Shown: one piece after another, positions 1 through 6,128 of the stretch | Numbering within the stretch: position 1 is the stretch's first letter | Layout: each line of letters begins with the position of its first letter | UHGV virus genome: UHGV-0044338 | DNA: 12,437 nt | DNA from: a virus | Reading direction: 5' to 3' (one strand) | Notes under the pieces: model-generated | Seen by the model: the letters and a program-made list of their open reading frames with translations, nothing else | What the model was told of the DNA's origin: nothing | Databases searched by the model: none | Made by a program: the position numbers and the translations under genes

Positions 1-232
1 TGGCTGCGGCGATGAATTCAGCATTGGCCTGCTGTTCCATTTGGAAATCTTCATCGAAACCGCTTTCTGGATGCGCTCCTTCAATTCTGCAAATGGGAAT
101 ATATCCAGCAGCCTCGCGATGAATTAGTGCATCATCACCATCAAATCGGCCCTCTCCATATTCGAGCGACCACACACCACACGTTGCTTTCTCTGCTTTT
201 TCACGCAGTGCCTGATAGTCAATCTTGCTCAC
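1..232 (-). CDS. Hypothetical phage protein, N-terminal 77 codons (3' end beyond window)
   Basis: Open frame on minus strand from GTG at 232-230 to window edge, preceded by a consensus SD AAGGAGG (revcomp of 239-245) with 6-nt spacer. Begins VSKIDYQALREKAEKATCGVW. Overlaps the 3' end of the upstream methyltransferase gene by 14 nt in a different frame. Confidence 0.4.
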   Translation of the reverse strand, partial: MSKIDYQALREKAEKATCGVWSLEYGEGRFDGDDALIHREAAGYIPICRIEGAHPESGFDEDFQMEQQANAEFIAAA

Positions 233-713
233 TGGTTGCCTCCTTCATAAAAATAATCCAGTGGGTCTTGTCACCCTTTCCTGTTCGTTGACCGATAACA
301 GGCTTTCTGTCGGTCAGTGCCAATATCTGGCGAACAGGTATTTGCGTTTCATTCCATTTAAAAATCAGAACGCCGTGTGGCCACAACACCCGAAAGGCTT
401 CTTTAAACCCCTGCCGCAAATCATCACGCCAGGTATCTTTATTCAGCCGTCCATATTTCTTTCCCATCCAGGCGTTATCACCAACACGCTCAAGATGCGG
501 AGGGTCGAATACAACCATCGAAAAGGATGCGTCTGCAAATGGTAGTGCACGAAAATCAGCTATCAGGTCAGGACTGATAATCAGGCGTCGTCCATCACAT
601 AATGTGTGCTCTTCCTTTCTGATATCGCTAAATATCGCCCGGTCGTCATTCTTATCGAACCAGAACATGCGACTGCCACAGCACATGTCGAGGATTGCTG
701 CATTTCCAGTCAC
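219..713 (-). CDS. SAM-dependent methyltransferase, probably phage orphan DNA N6-adenine methyltransferase (DPPH catalytic motif)
   Basis: 164-aa ORF with N-terminal glycine-rich SAM-binding-like motif LDMCCGSR followed by VVFDPPH (motif IV-like). GTG start overlaps the stop of the upstream gene (GTGA). An rRNA/other methyltransferase cannot be excluded without a profile search. Confidence 0.6.
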   Translation of the reverse strand: MTGNAAILDMCCGSRMFWFDKNDDRAIFSDIRKEEHTLCDGRRLIISPDLIADFRALPFADASFSMVVFDPPHLERVGDNAWMGKKYGRLNKDTWRDDLRQGFKEAFRVLWPHGVLIFKWNETQIPVRQILALTDRKPVIGQRTGKGDKTHWIIFMKEATSEQD

Positions 714-1138
714 TGGCTGCCTCCTTTGCGAAGCTCTGCGGCGAACTCGTTAAGTGATATGTAGCAATCTCCAAATGTTAACGAACCGCTCGACTGCATA
801 TGTTCCATAGCCATCTCCACGCCCTGCGCCCGTACTTCAGCCAGAAAAGCATCGGTGGCTGGGGTTTTGATTTCGTTAAGCGCATCACTGAATCCACCAC
901 GCTCCATACCTAGCTCTGCTTCGTAATCGGCATCGAATGCAGCGTCTTTGCAGAACTTCTTCAGCTTTGCATTCTCCGCCGCCAGCGCATTAGCACGCAC
1001 CAGTTGCACTTCCAGTTGCGTTGCCAAATCGCTGATCAGCTTTGCCACACTGCGCATATCAACGGCACCACATTCTGCTTTCAGTTCCGAAGCCATCTCA
1101 TGCCCGGCGGCAACTAACCCTTTGATATTACTTTCCAT
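710..1138 (-). CDS. Hypothetical phage protein (coiled-coil rich)
   Basis: 142-aa ORF, ATG start with SD GAGGG upstream, stop overlapping the next gene start. No recognisable catalytic motif. Confidence 0.5.
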   Translation of the reverse strand: MESNIKGLVAAGHEMASELKAECGAVDMRSVAKLISDLATQLEVQLVRANALAAENAKLKKFCKDAAFDADYEAELGMERGGFSDALNEIKTPATDAFLAEVRAQGVEMAMEHMQSSGSLTFGDCYISLNEFAAELRKGGSQ

Positions 1139-1199
1139 CTTTACCCTCGCTTATCCACATAACTTATTGATTACATTGATAACTAAAAAGATCGTCGAT

Positions 1200-1544
1200 T
1201 CAGAACTCTTCGATGTTCCAGCCACCACCTGCTTTCTTTGGTTTAACCGTTACCCCGATGATTCGGAACGGATACTGATCTGCGGCGACTTTGGTTTTCA
1301 CCCTGGCGTCGTCGGTCCAGAAACCTTTCACTTCGTGCAGTTCCATCTCGCCGGTGGCGAGCATCACAGCAAAATCGGGCGTATAGAACGTGTTGTCAGC
1401 TAACCGCAGCTTGATACCCTCGAATCGATACCAGGCGATTTCCCCTGCACGTTTACGCTGCTCAAGGTGCTGGCAATACGCAGATTCTGTTTTGTTCATC
1501 TGGCCTGTTTTGAGCCGACCAAGAGCCTGTATCTGTTTTCTCAT
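1200..1544 (-). CDS. Putative PD-(D/E)xK-type nuclease (VRR-NUC-like) of the nin-like region
   Basis: 114-aa ORF containing YTPDF ... ELHEVKG, resembling a PD-(D/E)xK nuclease core. ATG start with AAGGGG SD. Assignment is motif-based only. Confidence 0.5.
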   Translation of the reverse strand: MRKQIQALGRLKTGQMNKTESAYCQHLEQRKRAGEIAWYRFEGIKLRLADNTFYTPDFAVMLATGEMELHEVKGFWTDDARVKTKVAADQYPFRIIGVTVKPKKAGGGWNIEEF

Positions 1545-1547
1545 GAT

Positions 1548-1624
1548 TTACCCCTTAGGTAATTAAAAACCACATAAGACATGAAATCAATAGACATTAG
1601 AACATTTTATTACCCATCAGGTAA
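1548..1624 (-). promoter_or_regulatory. Sigma70-type promoter (TTGATT-17-TTTAAT on minus strand) flanked by two TTACC-N5-GGTAA operator palindromes; drives the nuclease/nin-like genes
   Basis: Perfect palindromes TTACCccttaGGTAA (1548-1562) and TTACCcatcaGGTAA (1610-1624), centres 62 bp apart. -35 is revcomp of 1585-1590 and -10 is revcomp of 1562-1567; the -10 hexamer shares its last base with the downstream operator. Confidence 0.55.
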
Positions 1625-1633
1625 TCACGTGGG

Positions 1634-1660
1634 CGTAAAAAAATGCGCTATCGCGCTGGT
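1634..1660 (-). terminator. Possible weak intrinsic terminator after the P-like gene
   Basis: Minus-strand RNA reads GCGC-gata-GCGC followed by TTTTTTT. Only a 4-bp GC stem, so weak. Confidence 0.3.
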
Positions 1661-1661
1661 A

Positions 1662-2438
1662 TTACTTGATAAATCCTGCCGCCTTTCCCCGCCTGTATTC
1701 CTCCATCAGCCACTGCGCCGGTGTTATTCCCCCAAGGGTGGCAGCGTTAGGCATACACCCGAAACTTCGCCCTGGTGGATGGTAAACGTCTCTCCCTGTG
1801 TCCGGAGGCGTACTCATGGGTTCTGGCTTTGCCTGTATGCTGATCACCGGATCGGGTATCTGCTGTCCGGAAGCCACCTTTTTCGCCCAATCATCGAGCA
1901 ACCTGCGCGCGTGTTTCTCAACCTCAATCTCGCTAAGCTGGCGCTGATACATTGCACGGCGGGTATCACATACGACCCAGTACATAACCGGATGTCGCCA
2001 CGGGAATCTTTCGGGACCACCAGGATATAAACTTTTTTCCTTGCTGTACCGGTGAAACTCCGCCATCACATCGTCAATGGTGACGCCAAGAACCATCTTG
2101 CTGTCTTTGCACCACTTGATGAATTGCCCAGGCGACGGCCAGAACGGAGATTCACTGGCGCGGGCGTGGCGCATACCAGCGTTAACCTGTTCCATTGTTG
2201 TGATCCCATTCTCCAGAAAGGCAAGCATCCATTGCTTACGGAATTCATTAAGTTTGTTCTGCTCCCTTATGGTCGAAACGCTTGCAGGAAATGCAGCCTG
2301 TAACTGGACAAATAGTTCATTGAAAATTCTAGCAACCTGCTCCTTTTTGCCATTGCTGTCACGCCGCTCTTCATGCACAGCAACACCATGCTCACGTAAG
2401 CGATCGTACTCATTGAGAAGTTCTGGAGTTGATTTCAT
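1662..2438 (-). CDS. Replication protein P (lambda P-like DnaB helicase loader)
   Basis: 258-aa ORF closely resembling lambda P as I recall it, including the block WMLAFLENGITTMEQVNAGMRHAR and PFWPSPGQFIKWC. SD GAAGGGG upstream of ATG; 5' end overlaps the 3' end of the upstream initiator gene, as for lambda O-P. Confidence 0.85.
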   Translation of the reverse strand: MKSTPELLNEYDRLREHGVAVHEERRDSNGKKEQVARIFNELFVQLQAAFPASVSTIREQNKLNEFRKQWMLAFLENGITTMEQVNAGMRHARASESPFWPSPGQFIKWCKDSKMVLGVTIDDVMAEFHRYSKEKSLYPGGPERFPWRHPVMYWVVCDTRRAMYQRQLSEIEVEKHARRLLDDWAKKVASGQQIPDPVISIQAKPEPMSTPPDTGRDVYHPPGRSFGCMPNAATLGGITPAQWLMEEYRRGKAAGFIK

Positions 2439-3240
2439 CCCACACCCCTTCTATCCAGTCAGTGTTATTCCAGTCAAGCTCATCGCTTTTCCCGGCGTTT
2501 TTTGATTTTCCCCTGATATGATTTACGTGCCTGGCGAATTTTTGTTCCCACTGAACCTGCGTGAACACTTTGCCCTCAGCCATCAAGTAATCCCGGAATG
2601 CAGCAAGTTCAGCAGGTGTAAATTCCGGTTCCGGCAGGGCCGTTCCCCACAGCGCAGCACGCCGTCGAAAATCCGGCGACGGATGCCAGCCATCGGTCAT
2701 CGGAAATTTCCCGATGGGTTCACTCAGGCCATCCAGAAATTCAGGTTCAGCCACCTGCAACGGCATACCGTTCGCTTCACTGGTCGGAGCACCATCGCGC
2801 ACGTGCGCTATGTGTGGGGTTTTATATATATCTTCCTCTTCCTCTTCCTCTGGTAACTCCTTTTGTAACGCTGTTGGCGTTACTTTTTGCGTTACTCGTT
2901 TTCGATGCTCTGCCACTCTTCTATTCGTAAGTGCACGTTTTTTCGATGATTCTCCATTATGTCGCTCAAAGTTTGGAAGGATTAGTTTGCCGTCATGATA
3001 AGCAAGCCATCCGACGCTAATGAGGGCGTCAGCAAATCCTGTAATAAAAGCGAGTCTATCAAGTACTCCTTTTGTAACGCTGCCAGCGTTACCGTCTATT
3101 GTTTGCTGGTCAGCCCATGCCCATATACGAACCAGCTTTCCAAGAACAGCATCTGGATCAATACCCAGAATTTCTGCTATCTGAAAAATTTCAGGTTTAT
3201 CAGGAGTGATAACTTCAACCTTAATCCAGCTGCTTGCCAT
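2410..3240 (-). CDS. Replication initiator / replisome organiser with C-terminal DnaT-like (primosomal protein I) domain
   Basis: N-terminus MASSWIKVEV...LVRIWAWADQQ resembles phage replisome-organiser N-domains; acidic EEEEEED linker; C-terminus WHPSPDFRRRAALWGTALPEPEFTPAELAAFRDYLMAEGKVFTQVQWEQKFARH closely matches the E. coli DnaT C-terminal region as recalled. Start placed at ATG 3240-3238 (strong GAGGGG SD) rather than the ORF-track start at 3258. Confidence 0.8.
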   Translation of the reverse strand: MASSWIKVEVITPDKPEIFQIAEILGIDPDAVLGKLVRIWAWADQQTIDGNAGSVTKGVLDRLAFITGFADALISVGWLAYHDGKLILPNFERHNGESSKKRALTNRRVAEHRKRVTQKVTPTALQKELPEEEEEEDIYKTPHIAHVRDGAPTSEANGMPLQVAEPEFLDGLSEPIGKFPMTDGWHPSPDFRRRAALWGTALPEPEFTPAELAAFRDYLMAEGKVFTQVQWEQKFARHVNHIRGKSKNAGKSDELDWNNTDWIEGVWDEINSRTSQ

Positions 3241-3433
3241 AGGTTTCCCCTCTTGCACTCTTTAGTGCACAAGCAAATTCATTACGATGGCGGTTGGCGC
3301 TATTCATTGCACATTCAACACATGTTCCGTTCAGAACATACCTTTCAGAGAGATGGCCGTGACGGCACCGCTTTCCTGTGAAATAGCGATTTAACCCGGC
3401 TTTTGCGGCCTCCATTCTGGTTACTATCTTCAA
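3221..3433 (-). CDS. Small putative zinc-binding protein (CxxxH ... CxxC), function unknown; sits where cII lies in lambda
   Basis: 70-aa ORF with CRHGHLSERYVLNGTCVEC. The track start is TTG at 3433; an alternative ATG is at 3415-3413. Start uncertain. Confidence 0.4.
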   Translation of the reverse strand: MKIVTRMEAAKAGLNRYFTGKRCRHGHLSERYVLNGTCVECAMNSANRHRNEFACALKSARGETYGKQLD

Positions 3434-3545
3434 TTTTTCCGCCCCTTTTTGTTATTGATATTGGCTATTTTGCACAATTGGAAAATTTGATCAACCAGAT
3501 TTGGTTTTTTATTACCTTTGAGGTACGAATAGATATGAAAAGAAA

Positions 3546-3620
3546 CCCCCGGGGGGGGGGGGCGGGGGGGGGGGGGGGGGNNNNNNNNNNAAAAAAAAAA
3601 AAACCCCCGGGGGGGGGGGG
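3546..3620. other. Assembly artefact / unresolved gap (poly-C, poly-G, N10, poly-A, poly-C, poly-G)
   Basis: Mirrored homopolymer blocks around ten Ns. Not a biological repeat; true sequence here is unknown. Confidence 0.9.
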
Positions 3621-3645
3621 TTCTACAGAGGGTTGTAGCTGGATA

Positions 3646-3876
3646 TCATGAGTAGAAGAAGTATGCCAGTTCTGCTTTTGAGCGCAGCCATTGTCTTGTT
3701 TTACAGGCTTTAAAAAGCCCATTCATCAATACTTTACCTGGCATTTTGCGCTTACCTGTTAAGTGAGTCTGGATATAGTGACTCGTCGTTCCGGCTTCCT
3801 GTGCGAAGGCTTCACGCTCATCCGGAGTAAGTGCAAGCCAGTGCTTTTTGAAATCGAAATGTCCGTTATCGCTCAT
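3646..3876 (-). CDS. Cro-like HTH regulator (YdaS/Cro type), first gene of the leftward operon
   Basis: 76-aa ORF with HTH-like segment EREAFAQEAGTTSHYIQTHLTGKR, divergent from the repressor gene across an operator-rich intergenic region, same strand as the replication genes. Confidence 0.7.
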   Translation of the reverse strand: MSDNGHFDFKKHWLALTPDEREAFAQEAGTTSHYIQTHLTGKRKMPGKVLMNGLFKACKTRQWLRSKAELAYFFYS

Positions 3877-3901
3877 AGCTATTGCCTGATATTTATTTCA
3901 G

Positions 3902-3983
3902 ATAATAAATATTCACCCATAAGGTAACAAAAATCAAGGATAGTTACCCATGAGGTGCATTTACCTGTTGGGTAATATTGCTT
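3902..3983. promoter_or_regulatory. Divergent immunity control region with three operator-like sites and candidate divergent promoters
   Basis: Sites TcACCcataaGGTAA (3913-3927), TTACCcatgaGGTgc (3944-3958) and perfect TTACCtgttgGGTAA (3961-3975). Candidate leftward promoter TTGTTA-17-TATTAT (revcomp of 3925-3930 and 3902-3907) overlaps the first site. Candidate rightward -35 TTGCTT (3978-3983) lies 3 bp past the third site, but its -10 is poor. Confidence 0.55.
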
Positions 3984-4030
3984 TAAATTGAATCATCTTC
4001 TGATTCAGATATGAGGCGATTTTCCAGAAA

Positions 4031-4615
4031 ATGAAAAGTATCCAGGACGTCCGCAGGCAAAATCTCAACGACTTGATCGACCGTGAATTCAATGGTGTTC
4101 AGACGCGGATGGCAGAAAAACTTGGAACTCAGGCAAATCTGGTAAACCGCTGGGCTCTTGGCAAAAAGGTTATCGGCGACCAGGTTGCGCGAAAAATTGA
4201 AGCTGCCGCCAATAAACCCCGTAACTGGCTTGATATCGATCGCTCGCTTTCTCAGGAGGGGTTTCAGCCTGTCGGCCCAAGCGACATTGGTCAGCTGGCG
4301 GCTCACAACCTGGAACGCTGGATGAGCGAAAGCCGCGACCTTTCAACTCAGGGAAAACTTCACCGCGCATCCGGCGTCGCCCAGGTGACAATCAGCCGCC
4401 TGTTAAACAATGAGGTCAGCGTTTCCATTTCCACCCTGGAGAATGTTGCATCCGCATTCGGGCGTCACGGCTATGAATTACTGATTCACCCGCACGACCC
4501 TGCGACTATCAACTATGACCGCTCGCGCTACGCATTGTTACCCGAAACAGAGAAGGCAAAGATCGAAAGTTACATTGAATTTGTCATCAGCCAGAACGAA
4601 AAAAACAAACAATAA
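4031..4615 (+). CDS. Prophage repressor (CI-like) with two XRE-type HTH motifs and no S24/LexA-type peptidase domain
   Basis: 194-aa ORF. HTH-like segments QTRMAEKLGTQANLVNRWALGKK (N-terminal) and LHRASGVAQVTISRLLNNEVSVSISTLENVA (central). No G-S-M / Ser-Lys dyad C-terminal domain visible. Divergent from the cro-like gene and followed by a strong terminator. Confidence 0.7.
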   Translation: MKSIQDVRRQNLNDLIDREFNGVQTRMAEKLGTQANLVNRWALGKKVIGDQVARKIEAAANKPRNWLDIDRSLSQEGFQPVGPSDIGQLAAHNLERWMSESRDLSTQGKLHRASGVAQVTISRLLNNEVSVSISTLENVASAFGRHGYELLIHPHDPATINYDRSRYALLPETEKAKIESYIEFVISQNEKNKQ

Positions 4616-4636
4616 AATCATATTTTTCAGTAAGTA

Positions 4637-4661
4637 AGCCGCCTTCTGGCGGCTTTTTTAT
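4637..4661 (+). terminator. Rho-independent terminator downstream of the repressor gene
   Basis: AGCCGCC-ttct-GGCGGCT (7-bp stem) followed by TTTTTTATT. Confidence 0.8.
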
Positions 4662-4671
4662 TGCCTGTGCG

Positions 4672-4750
4672 ATTACCTAATGGGTAATTTTTTTAACTCA
4701 TATCTATTGACATCAAACCAAATACGCATAATTATTACCTCAACGGTAAC
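4672..4750 (+). promoter_or_regulatory. pL-like early promoter (TTGACA-17-AATTAT) flanked by two TTACC-N5-GGTAA operator palindromes
   Basis: Perfect consensus -35 TTGACA (4707-4712) with -10 candidate 4730-4735. Perfect palindromes ATTACCtaatgGGTAAT (4672-4688) and TTACCtcaacGGTAA (4735-4749), centres 62 bp apart; the -10 hexamer shares its last base with the downstream operator. Confidence 0.6.
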
Positions 4751-4768
4751 AGACCGAGGTAACAAGTT

Positions 4769-4921
4769 ATGCAGTGGAAAATCATCAACGGTTGGTACTG
4801 CGTTACTGCATGCGGATTCATGAGCTGGAAGTTCCGCACCTTACAGGAAGGCATCAAGTGGGCTTTCGTCAGCAAAGAAGCTCGCGATGTGGCCAACGAT
4901 AACGAGATATGGGAGGGCTGA
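4769..4921 (+). CDS. Small Trp-rich protein (50 aa), first ORF after the pL-like promoter
   Basis: ATG 4769 with SD GAGGT 8 nt upstream; MQWKIINGWYCVTACGFMSWKFRTLQEGIKWAFVSKEARDVANDNEIWEG; stop 4919-4921. Below the ORF-track size cutoff. Confidence 0.35.
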   Translation: MQWKIINGWYCVTACGFMSWKFRTLQEGIKWAFVSKEARDVANDNEIWEG

Positions 4922-4923
4922 TA

Positions 4924-5223
4924 ATGAACGTTAATCAGCAGAAAAATCTTCAAAAAATCATGCTGGCATTCGACAAGGACTACCGCCTGTCAGAACAGCT
5001 ATATGACCGACAAGTTGAACTGATTGAGAGCATCCGACTTCATCAACTGTCCTCAACTTTCGACGTTGTAACAGGCAAAGGCGTTCGTCAGGAAGTGCTG
5101 GAAGCTGCTAAAGACAGCCCTGAGTTCGAAGAACTGATGGATGCCTACCGGCGCGAGGCAATGGCGATTATCGCCCGCTGGGATCTGGCGGATCAGCTTG
5201 ATGGGCAGAGGGACGCGGCATGA
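4924..5223 (+). CDS. Hypothetical early protein (99 aa)
   Basis: ATG 4924 preceded by SD GGGAGGG with 6-nt spacer (preferred over the track start at 4909, which lies inside the preceding small ORF). Stop overlaps the start of the exonuclease gene (ATGA). Confidence 0.55.
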   Translation: MNVNQQKNLQKIMLAFDKDYRLSEQLYDRQVELIESIRLHQLSSTFDVVTGKGVRQEVLEAAKDSPEFEELMDAYRREAMAIIARWDLADQLDGQRDAA

Positions 5224-6119
5224 TGCGGAACGCTGGAATCATGGATAGAACAAAATACATCGGAGGAAGCGATGTTGCAGGGATTCTTGGAATTAGCCCA
5301 TGGCGCACCCCGCTTGAGGTTTATCTGGATAAGGTCCAGCCACGTGTCAAACCAGTAGACCCAAGCAAGCAGAAAGTTTTCACGCGTGGCCAGCGTATGG
5401 AGCCATACGTAATAGACCTGCTTTCTGAGGAAACAGGGATGGAAATCGTTCATCGCGGAAACCGCTATATCCACCGTGATTACGATTTTATTGCAGCTGA
5501 GATCGATGCAGAAGCAGCGTCAGGCGAGAACATTGAGATCAAAACAGTTAGTCCGTTCAAAGCCAAAGAATGGGGAGAAATCCAGACAGATGCAATTCCT
5601 GTGCATTACACGGCCCAGGCCATGCACGGGTTGATGGTTACAAACAAACAGGTATGCGTTTTCGGTGTGCTTATCGGTGGCGACGACTTCCGAATCTATC
5701 GGGTTGAGCGTGATGAAGAAACTATCCAGGCGATCTTAGAAAAAGAAATCGCTTTCTGGGACCGAGTGAAAAATCTTAACCCGCCGGAAGCTACCAGCGT
5801 AAGCGATGTATCGCTGATGTTTGAGAAAGATGCCGGGACAAGTATCGAGGTTGACGGAAAGGCACTCGCACTATTCAACGATCTACGAGACATGAAGTCA
5901 CGCAGAAAATCACTGGAAGAAGAAATAGCTATATCAGAAGAGAAGCTGAAGATGTACATGCAAGAGCACTCAGTCCTGACCCTGGACGGAAAGCCGCTCT
6001 GCACATGGAAATCTCAGATCAGCAACAGATTCGACCAGAAGCTATTCCAGTCAGTACACCCTGAGTTATTCGAAAAATTCAAAACAACAACGACACAACG
6101 CGTCTTCAGAATGAAGTAA
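5220..6119 (+). CDS. YqaJ-like phage recombination exonuclease (lambda Exo-type fold)
   Basis: 299-aa ORF with N-terminal YIGGSDVAGILGISPWRTPLEVY typical of YqaJ-type exonucleases, immediately upstream of RecT. Confidence 0.8.
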   Translation: MMRNAGIMDRTKYIGGSDVAGILGISPWRTPLEVYLDKVQPRVKPVDPSKQKVFTRGQRMEPYVIDLLSEETGMEIVHRGNRYIHRDYDFIAAEIDAEAASGENIEIKTVSPFKAKEWGEIQTDAIPVHYTAQAMHGLMVTNKQVCVFGVLIGGDDFRIYRVERDEETIQAILEKEIAFWDRVKNLNPPEATSVSDVSLMFEKDAGTSIEVDGKALALFNDLRDMKSRRKSLEEEIAISEEKLKMYMQEHSVLTLDGKPLCTWKSQISNRFDQKLFQSVHPELFEKFKTTTTQRVFRMK

Positions 6120-6128
6120 GGAGAAAAA

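Noticed and set aside
3494-3510. Hairpin AACCA-gat-TTGGTT followed by T6 as a plus-strand terminator
   Set aside because: Only a 4-5 bp AT-rich stem, oriented against the flanking minus-strand genes, and adjacent to the artefact block.
3546-3620. Long poly-G/poly-C/poly-A runs that could be taken for a repeat, G-quadruplex region or CRISPR-like array
   Set aside because: Mirrored homopolymers around a block of Ns are characteristic of an assembly or scaffolding artefact (low-complexity read ends), not biological sequence. ORFs 3403-3651(+) and 3465-3722(-) span it and are meaningless.
3983-4306. 107-aa minus-strand ORF overlapping the repressor gene
   Set aside because: Antisense to the repressor gene, which has clear HTH motifs and a downstream terminator; no independent start signals.
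4909-4923. ATG at 4909 as start of the 104-aa ORF
   Set aside because: Lies inside the preceding small ORF and lacks an SD; the ATG at 4924 has GGGAGGG at ideal spacing.
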